The notes: generated by a model not told the origin, from the sequence alone. DNA of 45,687 nucleotides from an uncultured Gemmatimonadota bacterium (GCA_964490075.1 CAZBBK010000044.1:1-45687); one strand, 5' to 3'. Counted from the first letter of the stretch, positions 36,601-45,618 are shown. A program made the numbers and translations.

Positions 36601-37708
36601 GCGTTCCGGCGATGCGGTCCTCGATCGTGTAGCCGCCGCCGTCGAAGTCGAGCCACAGTCGGCGGGTGAGATCGAGCTGATCCGGAGCGGGATCCGAATC
36701 CCCCCTGCGGCGCTCGACGAATCGGAGCGTATCGCCGGGACGCATGCGGTAGGCCGGCAACAATTTCCACTCGTCGGGCAGTCGGGTCTGCTGCGGATCG
36801 AGGGCCTCGGCCCCCTCGAGATCGACGATCCTGAGCGCCGGGCGGGCGTCGAACACCCAGACTTCGTCTTCGACCCAGACCGGTGCCTCCGGTAGGCCCA
36901 GAGAAGCGCTGCCGCCGGCGGCGCGCGCGAGCAGGCGCAGCGTCCAGGAACCCGGCCGGACCTGCACCCGGAGCTTGCCGTCCGGCTCGAGGCGAGCCGG
37001 CAGCGGACCGTCCAGTGACATCGGGACCAGACCTTCGAGCAGGGCGGGCCCGAGCAGCTCTTCACGGTTGCGACCCGACACACGGATCTCGACCTGGGTC
37101 AGGACCCGCAGCGGCACTTCGTCGATGATGCGCCGCTGGACGACCGTGGCGAGTCGATTGGTGGAATCCTCCGGGTCGAGACGCTTTTGGAGGTAGATGG
37201 TCCCACCCTCGTCACGCTCCGGGAAGACGATCTCCTCACCGCGGATCTCCAGCGACACCAGCCCCGTCTCGGCGGGAATCGGCATCGCCTCTGGCAGCTC
37301 GCCCCACTCGAACCTGCCGCGCAGGGTGTGGGAACCGGCCCCCAGGGTCACGCCCTGCCTCCCCGCCCTCTGATGCGGAAGAGCCGGATCGCCGTCGAGA
37401 CGCACATCGAGTGGGCGCCGGCGGGTGTCTCCCGGCAAGGGCACGAACGACTCCCGTTCCAGCTGCCAGGTCTGTTCGAACTCGCCGCCACGGTCGTCGA
37501 CCCGGAGCTCGAGCCTCGAAGGCCAGGCGCAGCGTGTCTCGTCGGCACCGTAGAGGCGCGTGCACGCCGCGTCGCCGTCCTCCCAGAGCACCCAATCGAT
37601 CCAGGTCTCGAGCGGCTCCGGAACCAGCTCGCGGGGCAGTGGATCCGCGGTCGCGAGCGAAGGAGCGGCCAGCAGCATGAAAGCGATCGTCGGGGCGATT
37701 CGATGCAT
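33653..37708 (-). CDS. large hypothetical exported/membrane protein (1351 aa)
   Basis: Signal peptide; two related extracytoplasmic regions (PEPL..W..W..C..C.WP.RLEL; PELLEDLRRRLL.PP.C.P.CA), each followed by a TM cluster. Confidence 0.85.
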   Translation of the reverse strand: MHRIAPTIAFMLLAAPSLATADPLPRELVPEPLETWIDWVLWEDGDAACTRLYGADETRCAWPSRLELRVDDRGGEFEQTWQLERESFVPLPGDTRRRPLDVRLDGDPALPHQRAGRQGVTLGAGSHTLRGRFEWGELPEAMPIPAETGLVSLEIRGEEIVFPERDEGGTIYLQKRLDPEDSTNRLATVVQRRIIDEVPLRVLTQVEIRVSGRNREELLGPALLEGLVPMSLDGPLPARLEPDGKLRVQVRPGSWTLRLLARAAGGSASLGLPEAPVWVEDEVWVFDARPALRIVDLEGAEALDPQQTRLPDEWKLLPAYRMRPGDTLRFVERRRGDSDPAPDQLDLTRRLWLDFDGGGYTIEDRIAGTLNAGWRLAMSPPTALGRVASGGHDQLITRLEGEEEGVSGVELRSPSIDIVAESRYQGSASHFPAVGWAHDFRSVDATLHLPPGWRLMHARGVDEVEDTWVNQWTLLDLFLMLILAAAVTQLWGYPAGALALITLALTLPEPQAPRWIWAYVLVAEALVRLLPDGWFAKVVRGARISGLAVLVGLALLFAVQQSLHGMYPALERSSPARGGPPPPSITSLRSAPFELAELAAESEFDMPAAGAAEQRAPRAAPKSSYQQKIGVDPDAIVQTGPGLPHWSWGRISLRWNGPVAQDHVVDLTLLGPGTNLVLSVLRILLTAALVLLTLGIRTRRGARRPVGRETVVATLFLALLVVPGAASASETGRDAASSLSSYHERSPDPELLEDLRRRLLAPPDCAPTCASIGRMRLQADPAVLTLRLEAHTQIPTAIPLPGDPKSWTPTRVLVDGVGAESMARAADGRLLLALARGRHQVILEGPLEAIDVVQIPLPMRPARVEVDARGWNVEGVHDDGLAGGDLQLTRIRGRGEGETVDLGAESLPPFVRIERSISLGLEWQVETRVSRVTPKGSAIMLSVPLLAGESVTSEGHRVEGGRVQVNLGANQSSRAWSSLLDRQSVLALRASESTEWTEIWRIDSSPLWHVELGGIPPILGPREDVAREWRPWPGEALDIRVARPEAVPGRSTTIDRSKLVVRPGSRASDATLDLTLRTSRGGVQEISLPEGARAQQVEVGGAEQPIRQQGQILSIPLKPGAQQVAIDWRAPGEIGTRYTTPSVDVGTESVNAEVEVEFPSSRWILFASRRQAGPAVLFWSFLVVAILVATVLGRIPWTPLGIRHWALLGVGMTQAELVIAMLVPAWLLVLGWRKRTPDLSPARFDLRQVAIAILTLVALVGLFESVRQGLLGRPDMQITGNGSAGSTLRWFIDRADPALPTLSIVSVPIWLYRVLMLAWALWLASALVSWLRWGWDAFQEGGLWRRLRRSS

Positions 37709-37792
37709 CGTTCTCGTCTCCGGGGTGCGAGTCGACGAGGAGTCTACTCGGCTTCGGAGATTGGTCGACGCTCGCTGTCCGACTGCCGCCGT

Positions 37793-38263
37793 CTAGCCGC
37801 CCAGCAGGGCCAGAGTCCGTTCGGCGTTGCCCTTTGCCTTGACGCCGTGGTTGATCGCGGCGATGCGGCTCTGCTCGTCGATCAGCACGGTGGTGCGGAT
37901 CGCGCCGATGGTGGTTCGGCCGTAAGATCTCTTTTCGCCGAACGCGCCGTAGCGCCGGTGCACCTGGTGGTTGGGATCGGAGAGCAGCGTGAGCTCCAGG
38001 CCCTGCTTCTCCTTGAAGCGCTCGTGGCTGCCGCGGCCGTCGCGGCTCACCCCGACCACCACGGCGTCGAGATTGTCGAACTTCTCGCGCAGCGCCTGGA
38101 ACTCCCGGGCCTGGGTGGTGCAGCCCGGGGTGTTGTCTTTGGGGTAGAAGTAGAGGACCAGCTTCTTGCCGGCGAAGTCGGCGAGCGACACCGGCTGTCC
38201 CTGGTCGTCGTCGAGCGTGAACTCGGGGGCGGGATCGCCCGCCTGGGGGATGGGGTGGCTCAT
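37793..38263 (-). CDS. bcp: peroxiredoxin, BCP/PrxQ family (single Cys)
   Basis: GDPAPEFTL, LYFYPKDNTPGCTTQA, GVS.D, LLSD, RTTVLID. Confidence 0.93.
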   Translation of the reverse strand: MSHPIPQAGDPAPEFTLDDDQGQPVSLADFAGKKLVLYFYPKDNTPGCTTQAREFQALREKFDNLDAVVVGVSRDGRGSHERFKEKQGLELTLLSDPNHQVHRRYGAFGEKRSYGRTTIGAIRTTVLIDEQSRIAAINHGVKAKGNAERTLALLGG

Positions 38264-38583
38264 AACAGGCCCTCCGGGATCAGCAGTCGCTCGACCGCTG
38301 TGCCGCCGCTCAGATGGGATTCGACGATCTCGGCGACGTCGTCGGTCTTGACCTGGCCGTACCAGGCGCCGTCGGGGTAGACCACCATCGTCGGCCCGCG
38401 GTCGCAGGGGCCGAGGCAGCCGGTGGCGGTGACGGCGACCTGGCCGTAGAGCCCGGCGCGCTCGACCTCGAACTGGAGCTGCTGCATCAGAGGCGCGGCG
38501 CCGCGATCCTGGCAGCAGCCCTTTGGGTGACCGGGCGGACGGCGGTTGCCGCAGACGAAGACATGGTGCTTGGGGCGGGGCAT
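38260..38583 (-). CDS. thioredoxin-like [2Fe-2S] ferredoxin
   Basis: HVFVC.N.RPPGHPKGCC, TGCLGPC..GPT.VVYPDG.WY, EIVESHL.GG..VERL; ATGA overlap with bcp. Confidence 0.92.
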   Translation of the reverse strand: MPRPKHHVFVCGNRRPPGHPKGCCQDRGAAPLMQQLQFEVERAGLYGQVAVTATGCLGPCDRGPTMVVYPDGAWYGQVKTDDVAEIVESHLSGGTAVERLLIPEGLL

Positions 38584-38641
38584 GGGGGCTCCTTCTCGAA
38601 GCGATGAGTGGGTGGACGGGGGGGGCGCGGTCCGGGGGTGG

Positions 38642-38675
38642 GACCATATCAGACCATTTTGGTCATGTTTGTCAA
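38642..38675 (-). promoter_or_regulatory. putative promoter/operator of the ferredoxin-bcp operon
   Basis: Perfect TTGACA (38670-38675, minus strand) followed by the palindrome GACCA-N3-TGGTC (38652-38664) and an extra half-site at 38642; the -10 box is unclear. Confidence 0.55.
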
Positions 38676-38750
38676 GTTGGGGGCGAGGGCGGGGGCTCAA
38701 CGGGGGCTTCCATGAAGCCTGGTGAAAGGAACAGGGGCGACCGTGGTCCG

Positions 38751-40757
38751 CTACCGAGCCCGACGACCACTGCTCTCGGGCGCGACCGCACCTTCGCCGC
38801 CACCGTAGTAGTGGCGCAAGGTCCCGAGGCCTCCGCTGCCCATGGTGAAGGCCACCTCGCCGGGGCGCAACCCCGGCGCCAGGCTGTAGGGGGATCCCGC
38901 GGTCTTGAAGCCGATCCGGCGACCGAGATGGCCATCCTCGCTCAGCGAGATCGCGGAAAGGCTGTCGGTCCCGCCGGCGTAGACCAGGTTGCCTTCGATG
39001 AGCAGGCCGCCCGCTACTTCCCACCGGTGGACGCGCTGCTCATCGATCAGCTCCAGCGTGTGGGACGGCTCGTCCCAGTGAATCGTCTGCAGCAATCCAC
39101 CTTGCGACTGCGCGACGATCAGGTCGTCGCGCCTGGTGACGTTTCGGATTGAGCCCAAGAGCCACATCCTCGTCAGCTCTTTCAGACCACGGCCCTCGAC
39201 GTAGCTCCACACATAGAGTGCGCTGCCTCCGCCGCCGGCGAAGAGCGTGCTGTCCCCGGCGGTCCAGGCGGCGAAGGTAACGGAGAGATCGCCGGCGAGA
39301 TCGACCCGATCGACCTCGACGGGGGTCTCTGGGGAGCTGATGTCGACGATTGCCAGGCGCCAGCCGAACTCCGTGACACCGACCATGACGCGTTCTTCGA
39401 CGGCCACCGGATCGAACGAGGCAACGTCGTAGAACCCGTACCGCTGAAGCTGCCCGGATCGGTCGAGCTGGAAGATGTGGGTCGTGTCGCTCGCGTCGGC
39501 CACGAGCCATCCTCCACCGGTCACGACCTTCTGCCACCACGCTCCGTCCTCTCGACCGTATCGATCGACGTCGCGATAGCGCCGCGCGCCGGGATCCTCC
39601 AGCACCCGCAGGCCGGCATCGCCGTCCGCCAGGACCAGGAACTCATCCACCTTCTGCACGCTGATCGCGGTTCCCGGGAGGTTCAGGCGACCGATTTCGC
39701 GGGGGTTGCTGGGGTCGGATACGTCGTAGGTGGCGAAGCCGGATCCGCTTTCGCCGGTGACGAGATGGCCGTCGCGGGCGGCGACGGCGGTGGCGGATGC
39801 GCCGGGGACGCCAGTGGGGATCTCGGCCACGAGCCATTCGCCCACCGGCTGCCGGAGGTCGTACACTTGGAATCTGGGGTCGGGGTACGCGTTTTCGGCG
39901 ACGTAGGCCACGGAGTCGGAGACCGTGATGTCGAGGATCGTCCCTTCCATTTCCCGGGCTCCGAGCAGGAGCGGCGACAGCGGCAGACTTGCGTCGTAGA
40001 TGGTCATCATCCAGGGATCGACGTCGGACCACGCCACAGCGACTAGCTCAGCCCAGGTTTCGATCGCCGTGGGAAAGAACCCCTCCTGGGTGAGCTCATC
40101 AACGACAAACGGTTCCCTGGGGTCACGCAGGTCGATGATATCGATTCGCCACGATCCCCGGCTCGCGTAGAGAACGTCACTTCCCATCCATTCCATCATC
40201 CCGACCGACCCAGGCAACTCTGCCAAAAGGAGCGGAGCTTCCGGTCGAGACACCGAGTAGAACTGAAGAGCCCGGTCCGTCCCCACGGCCACCAGAGTGT
40301 CAACTGCGCTGACGGACCAGATCACCCCCTCGATCATACCTACCGCACGAACGGGATCAGCGCGCAAGTCGTACATCCGAAGAGATGTGCCACTCTCCAC
40401 TACGTACAGTATGTCCTCCGCGACATCCATATCCGAGCTAAACACCGGCTCCCCGATCGGGATCTTCGCTCTCAGTGAGACGGTCGGCCCGGTCGACTTC
40501 GCAACGCCCACCCAACCGTTTGATCCAATGACCAGGCCGCTCGAGGACCACCTGACGCCCCAGCCCTGTGTATGCGGAATCCACCCATCCCAACGAAGCG
40601 CCAACCTCTCCACCCTGCCGTCCTCCGGATCGTGCGGATCGGGAGGGATCTCCGAAGACGACGCTGCGCCTGCCGCCTCGGCGACGCAGATCGAGACGGC
40701 GAGCAGGCGAGTGATGCCGACTCGCCATCTCGATCGTTCGAGAATACTCCTGGTCAC
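38751..40757 (-). CDS. secreted LVIVD-repeat beta-propeller protein
   Basis: Signal-like N-terminus; repeated 'AYVA...(L/F).(I/V)(Y/V)D(V/I)SDP..P' units. Confidence 0.8.
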   Translation of the reverse strand: MTRSILERSRWRVGITRLLAVSICVAEAAGAASSSEIPPDPHDPEDGRVERLALRWDGWIPHTQGWGVRWSSSGLVIGSNGWVGVAKSTGPTVSLRAKIPIGEPVFSSDMDVAEDILYVVESGTSLRMYDLRADPVRAVGMIEGVIWSVSAVDTLVAVGTDRALQFYSVSRPEAPLLLAELPGSVGMMEWMGSDVLYASRGSWRIDIIDLRDPREPFVVDELTQEGFFPTAIETWAELVAVAWSDVDPWMMTIYDASLPLSPLLLGAREMEGTILDITVSDSVAYVAENAYPDPRFQVYDLRQPVGEWLVAEIPTGVPGASATAVAARDGHLVTGESGSGFATYDVSDPSNPREIGRLNLPGTAISVQKVDEFLVLADGDAGLRVLEDPGARRYRDVDRYGREDGAWWQKVVTGGGWLVADASDTTHIFQLDRSGQLQRYGFYDVASFDPVAVEERVMVGVTEFGWRLAIVDISSPETPVEVDRVDLAGDLSVTFAAWTAGDSTLFAGGGGSALYVWSYVEGRGLKELTRMWLLGSIRNVTRRDDLIVAQSQGGLLQTIHWDEPSHTLELIDEQRVHRWEVAGGLLIEGNLVYAGGTDSLSAISLSEDGHLGRRIGFKTAGSPYSLAPGLRPGEVAFTMGSGGLGTLRHYYGGGEGAVAPESSGRRAR

Positions 40758-40920
40758 CGAGCAATCCTCAGCAGAACGGCATCGGCGTCGTTCAGCAAAC
40801 CGAAATCGTCGATCAGGATGATCACGTCATCATAGGTCCATTGGTTGAGATGCACCGAGCCGAGATGCCCAGTGTCGTTGGTGTTTCTGCGGTAGGCCGC
40901 GAAGTAGTCAGGAGAGGCGC
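40754..40920 (-). pseudogene. possible 3' remnant of a lost gene coupled to the LVIVD gene
   Basis: Open, protein-like frame (..SPDYFAAYRRNTNDTGHLGSVHLNQWTYDDVIILIDDFGLLNDADAVLLRIAR*) whose TGA overlaps the LVIVD GTG; no credible start outside the VIT1 gene. Confidence 0.3.
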
Positions 40921-41811
40921 TCAAACCTCCAACCCAAAAAGCACCCGCACCCCCCACCCGAGGGCGAAGCTGAGCGCCGCCACGCCGAGGCTGATGCCGG
41001 TCATCTCCCAGAAGCGTGGCCAGAAGCGCAGGTCTTTGGCGATCGCGACGTAGAAGCTGAAGATGGCGATGGTGGCGACCGCCAGCAGCAGGGTGAAGGC
41101 CAGGGCGACCAGGGCTTCGGCGCAGAGCAGGAAGGGCAGGATCAGCAGCGCGACGGTGGCCAGATAGGCGGCTCCGGTGTAGCCGGCGGCGCGCAGCGGG
41201 TGCTTCGCGGCCTCGCTCGCCGCCTCATCATCGCCGAGCTCGGAGCGGGCCGAGAGATACTCCGACGCCGCCATCGACAGCGACGCGGCGATGCCGGTGA
41301 TCAAGCCTGCGGAGGCGACGATGCGCACCTCGGCCAGCGCCAGGGTCAGCCCCGCGAGCACACCGGTGAGCTCCACCAGGGCGTCGTTCAGCCCCAGCAC
41401 GACGCTGCCGGTGTATTCGAGGCGGTCGTCGTGCAACAGGTCGATCAGCGCCCGCTCGTGCTCGGCCTCTTCGTCGGCCAGATGCTCCAGCCCCTCGAGG
41501 TGGCGCAGCTGGCCGTAGCCGAGCTGGGCCCCGCGCTCGCCGCGCTCCATCAGCTTGAGCGCGAAGGTCAGGCCGAGCAGGCGCGCCGCCAGCAGGTAGC
41601 GCCACATCACCAGCTTGCGCGGCCGGACCCGGACGCCGGAGAGGCGCTCCAGGAGGTCGTGGTGGGCCAGCTCCTCGCGCCCGATGCGCTCCAGGACCTG
41701 GCGATTGTGGGGCTGGCGCGCGCGCGCGGCGAGGCGGGTGTAGATGTGATACTCGGTCAGCTCGATGCGCTGGGCCTGGACGATCTGGGTCAGCTCTTGG
41801 GGTGTGGGCAT
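40921..41811 (-). CDS. VIT1/CCC1 iron transporter with N-terminal rubrerythrin/ferritin-like domain
   Basis: E..E..IY..LA, E..H twice, then SVVLGLNDALVELTG.LAG, GIAASLSMAASEYLS and TM helices. Confidence 0.9.
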   Translation of the reverse strand: MPTPQELTQIVQAQRIELTEYHIYTRLAARARQPHNRQVLERIGREELAHHDLLERLSGVRVRPRKLVMWRYLLAARLLGLTFALKLMERGERGAQLGYGQLRHLEGLEHLADEEAEHERALIDLLHDDRLEYTGSVVLGLNDALVELTGVLAGLTLALAEVRIVASAGLITGIAASLSMAASEYLSARSELGDDEAASEAAKHPLRAAGYTGAAYLATVALLILPFLLCAEALVALAFTLLLAVATIAIFSFYVAIAKDLRFWPRFWEMTGISLGVAALSFALGWGVRVLFGLEV

Positions 41812-41836
41812 GGGAGAGAGCGTAGCCGACGGCGTG

Positions 41837-43555
41837 TCAGCGGCCAAACCCCGGGGCCCGCCAGATCTCCTCACCTTCGAGCAGAGTCAGCAACACTTTG
41901 GTGCGGCCGATCTGGGCCGGCGGAATCTCGAAGAGATTCTGGTCGAGCACGATGATGTCGGCCAGCTTGCCTACCTCGATCGATCCCACGCGTTGCTCCT
42001 GGCGCATCAGATAAGCCGGATCGATGGTGTAGGCGCGGATCGCCGCGGCGAGATCGGGCAGGCTTTCGGTGCCGATGCTGAGGGCGTGATGCATGCCGTG
42101 GAAGGGTGAGATGTCGCCGACGTCGTAGTCGCTGCTGAGGACTACCCGGGCACCGGCGTCATGCAGCGAGCGCAGGCGATACATCCGCTCTTCGACCCGC
42201 CGGCGGCCGAGGATCGGCCAGTAGTAACGCTGATTCTCGGGGTGGGAGAGGGCGTCGATCTGCATGTCGGCGATGACCGAAAGCTGGGAGAAGCGCCCGA
42301 TGTCGGCGGGCGCGACCATGAAGACGTGGGTGAGGCGGTGACGGGCGGTGGTGGCGCCTTCGCCCACGGGGCGGGTCGCGGCGATCGCGTTCAGGGCCTG
42401 GTGGACGCCGCGGTCGCCGATGGCGTGGATGTGGAAGTCGAAACCGACCGGCTCCAGGGCGGTGATATAACGCTCGAGGCGCGCCTGGTCGAAGTACTCC
42501 AGGCCGCGCTCGCCGGCCAACTGAACTCGCAGGTAGGGCTCGATCAGTGCCGCCGTGGTGTGCGAGAGCTCTCCGTCGGCGTAGACCTTGATCTGCGAGA
42601 AGCGCAGCCGCGACTCGGCGTCACCGGTGTAGAGCGACGCGAGTGTCGCGATCTGCTGGTCGTCGTCGAGGTAGGGGTAGGCCCAGAGCCCGACCACGGC
42701 GCGCGCCGTCAGGGTGCCGCGCGCGGCGGCCTGTCGCCAGGCGCCGAGGTAGCCGCGCCGCCAGTAGGCACGGGCGTCGGCCAGCGAGGTGATGCCGTTC
42801 TTGCGGGCCAGGGCGAGCCCCACCAGAAGGGCGTCATAGTTCAGCTCGCGCAGCATCCAGTTGGGAGTGAGCGCCAGATCCATGACGATCTCGCCGGCGC
42901 CGTCGAGCAGGATGCCGTTCGGTTCGCCGGTGGCTGGATCGTGCAGGATCGCGCCTCCCGGCGGATCGGGGGTGTCGGGGCCGAAGCCGGCGGCTTGCAG
43001 TGCCAGGCTGTTGGCCCACACCGAATGTGATGTCAGCTCGAGCATGACCGCGGGGCGGTCGGGGATCGCCTCGTCCAGGATGTCGCGCGGCGGGCGTCCG
43101 TCCTGCTGCAGATGCAGCGCCACGTCGATGATCGAGTGGCCGTAGCCGAGCACCCAGTTGGTGCCGATCTGGTAGGGCGCGCAGGCCTGGAGCTTGGGGA
43201 TGTAGGACTCGAGGGGGCGTCCGGGCGGCAGGTAGCAGGTGCCGGCCGCCACGTGGTTCGATTCGAGAATGTGCACGTGGCTGTCGTGGATCCCCGGCAT
43301 CGCCATGCGTCCCTCGAGATCGATGAGGGTGGTGTTGGCTCCGGTGAACGCCGCCAGCGCCGAATCGGGGCCGACGTAGACGATTTCGCCGCTGCGCACG
43401 GCGACCGCCGCGGCCCAGGGATTGGTCTGGTCGACGGTGTAGATTGCGCCGCCGTGCAGGATCAGGTCGGCGCTGGGGACGGCGGCACGGGGCGCGGACG
43501 ACGATCCGGCCAGCGCCGCGGCGCAGAGAAGGGGCAAGGGGATTGGGCGCTTCAT
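41837..43555 (-). CDS. secreted amidohydrolase (Amidohydro_3/YtcJ-like)
   Basis: Signal peptide; IDL.GR..MPGIHDSHVH, KVYADG, HAIGDR, HRLTH, SSD, GSIEVGKLAD. Confidence 0.92.
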   Translation of the reverse strand: MKRPIPLPLLCAAALAGSSSAPRAAVPSADLILHGGAIYTVDQTNPWAAAVAVRSGEIVYVGPDSALAAFTGANTTLIDLEGRMAMPGIHDSHVHILESNHVAAGTCYLPPGRPLESYIPKLQACAPYQIGTNWVLGYGHSIIDVALHLQQDGRPPRDILDEAIPDRPAVMLELTSHSVWANSLALQAAGFGPDTPDPPGGAILHDPATGEPNGILLDGAGEIVMDLALTPNWMLRELNYDALLVGLALARKNGITSLADARAYWRRGYLGAWRQAAARGTLTARAVVGLWAYPYLDDDQQIATLASLYTGDAESRLRFSQIKVYADGELSHTTAALIEPYLRVQLAGERGLEYFDQARLERYITALEPVGFDFHIHAIGDRGVHQALNAIAATRPVGEGATTARHRLTHVFMVAPADIGRFSQLSVIADMQIDALSHPENQRYYWPILGRRRVEERMYRLRSLHDAGARVVLSSDYDVGDISPFHGMHHALSIGTESLPDLAAAIRAYTIDPAYLMRQEQRVGSIEVGKLADIIVLDQNLFEIPPAQIGRTKVLLTLLEGEEIWRAPGFGR

Positions 43556-43689
43556 GACGACAGGCTAACCGCCTCTCTGCGCGCGTGCGTCGACCCGTGG
43601 CGAGAAGGCCGCGGAATGCGGCTCTGTCGTGAACACAAGGCGCGCGTCGTACCGTCCCCGGCGCGCTCACCCCCACCTTGGAGGCCAAC

Positions 43690-44580
43690 ATGCCCCGTCC
43701 ATCGACATCGCGCCGAATCGCGAGCGGTCCCCGCCGGTCGCTCTTACCGGCCCTCGTCCTGACCGCCGCCTGCACCTGCGCCCCCTCCGCCGAGGCCGTC
43801 GAAGAGGCCCAGCTCTACTGCATCACCAACTGGTCCAGCGATTGCTCGGGCTCCACGCTGCAGTACTGGGACGATCTCGGCGACGCCTGGTACGACGACA
43901 TCAACGATGCTCTTACCCGCTGGCTCCATCTCGGCGACATCGATCTCTACTACAGCCAGGATCGCCGCGAAGTGAACACCTCGATCGCCGACTCCTGGTT
44001 CATCGATCGTGATGCGAAGAGTTGGGGCCTCGACGCCTGCTATCTCGACGAGGGTGACGCGGCCCTGGTCTGTCTTCACGGCAGCGAGAAATACGGGCGC
44101 TGGCGCGGGAAGGTCAAGATCGACGAGTCCGGCGACGGCAATTGCTACGCCTGGCAAGGATCGATGGAGCTGGGGGATCGGGATCTGGAGTTCCTGCACA
44201 TCTCGTCGTCGAACAGCATGGACGACAACCAGTGGGACGACTGGTGGGAGAGCTTCGACGGTCTGCACCAGGTGCACGGCTTCCACGGCAACATGTACGT
44301 GAAGGAAAAGTACGAGAGCGACTATCAGGGGTTCTCGTATGCCTCGTTCTACCTGCCCATGGCCGAGCACTGGGTCGACTCCCACTACCACAACTGGGCG
44401 AGCTGGTTCGACGACCAGTGCCCGGTGAGCTACGCCGTCGGCACCTCGGAGTCCAATGTCGAGGCACGCATGGACAACGAGCACTACGACAACCGCTACT
44501 CCGATCCCAGCAGCATCACCCATTGGGGTGCCATCTACATCGAAGGCTGCAACCCCGACGACGAAGGCAAGCTCGACTGA
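43690..44580 (+). CDS. secreted DUF6345-like protein
   Basis: GGAGG RBS; signal peptide; D..LV..HG, ELGDRDLEFL, W...FDGLH.V.GFHG pattern recalled for DUF6345. Confidence 0.65.
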   Translation: MPRPSTSRRIASGPRRSLLPALVLTAACTCAPSAEAVEEAQLYCITNWSSDCSGSTLQYWDDLGDAWYDDINDALTRWLHLGDIDLYYSQDRREVNTSIADSWFIDRDAKSWGLDACYLDEGDAALVCLHGSEKYGRWRGKVKIDESGDGNCYAWQGSMELGDRDLEFLHISSSNSMDDNQWDDWWESFDGLHQVHGFHGNMYVKEKYESDYQGFSYASFYLPMAEHWVDSHYHNWASWFDDQCPVSYAVGTSESNVEARMDNEHYDNRYSDPSSITHWGAIYIEGCNPDDEGKLD

Positions 44581-44623
44581 AACGCCACTTTCCGTCCCAG
44601 CGACGGATCGAGAGGACAGAATA

Positions 44624-45547
44624 ATGAAGAGCATGATGACGACCCTGATGATGATCGCCTCGCCAGCGCTGCTCAGCACAGCCGCGGCCTCGACCGACCT
44701 GCAACAGGAGACAATCGCGGAGCGCGCCACCCGCCTGCGCGACGGTTTCGCCGCCACCGCCGAGGCCGTCGATGCGCTCGCCTTCGTCGACGCGCGGCTG
44801 CGAGCGACACTTCCCGACTATGATCAGTCGTTGCTCGCGGCAGTGACTCACGACGGAGCCTGGATCAAGGAGCTGTCGATCGAAGAGGTCGCGGCGGCAA
44901 TGGGCGACGCCGCTCCGAGCGAGGTGCGCAGCCTCGGATCGATGCGCGGTGCCGGCGACCAGTCGCGGGCGATCCGCGTCGACGAAGAGCAGGGGCTGGT
45001 CGAGTACCTGAGCCGCGAGCGTCGTTTCCAGTTCGAGACCTCACCCCACGTCGGCGTCGGTCGCGAGCGCGCCCTCGGCGCCACCTTCGAGGCGCTCGAG
45101 ATGCTCGAGGCGCCCCTCGATCAGGGAGAGATAATCGTCGACGTGGCCCAGGTCGCCATGAAGGTGGCGCCGATCGACCGCTCCTCGGAGCCGATCAAGG
45201 CGATCCGCTCGACCCTGGTCACCATCGAGCGTCTGGTGCGGGGCGTTCCGGTCAACGGCTCGATGATCCGCGCCTCGATCTCCAACGAGGGTAAGATCGC
45301 CAAGCTCAGCGCCCGCTGGCCGCGTTTCCAGGTCGATCCCGAGCTGACGCTGCTGCGCGGCCGCGACCAGGTGATCGCCGACGCCGCCGCGCGCATCGTG
45401 GCGCAGGACACGGCGCCGCTCGATCTGCTGCCGAGCGTCGTCTTCGTCCCCGGCACGCGCGGCTTCGTGCCGGCGCTCGAGGTCATGGTGCGGGCCACCG
45501 AGGAGAATACCTCGTTCTCGGTGGTGGTGCCCTTGGCCGGGCGCTGA
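44624..45547 (+). CDS. secreted hypothetical protein
   Basis: AGAGGA RBS, signal peptide ending AAA; 'R.VRGVPV.GS.I.ASIS..GKI..L...W' segment. Confidence 0.75.
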   Translation: MKSMMTTLMMIASPALLSTAAASTDLQQETIAERATRLRDGFAATAEAVDALAFVDARLRATLPDYDQSLLAAVTHDGAWIKELSIEEVAAAMGDAAPSEVRSLGSMRGAGDQSRAIRVDEEQGLVEYLSRERRFQFETSPHVGVGRERALGATFEALEMLEAPLDQGEIIVDVAQVAMKVAPIDRSSEPIKAIRSTLVTIERLVRGVPVNGSMIRASISNEGKIAKLSARWPRFQVDPELTLLRGRDQVIADAAARIVAQDTAPLDLLPSVVFVPGTRGFVPALEVMVRATEENTSFSVVVPLAGR

Positions 45548-45559
45548 ACGCGGACACTT

Positions 45560-45618
45560 CGCTCTTCCTGGGTGCTACCCTGATCTGCCAGGTGAACTCC
45601 CAGCGCCCAGGAGGAGCG
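45560..45618 (+). terminator. stem-loop downstream of the DUF6345 operon
   Basis: CGCTCTTCCTGGGTGCT / AGCGCCCAGGAGGAGCG 17-bp stem with two U-G pairs; no U-tract. Confidence 0.4.
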
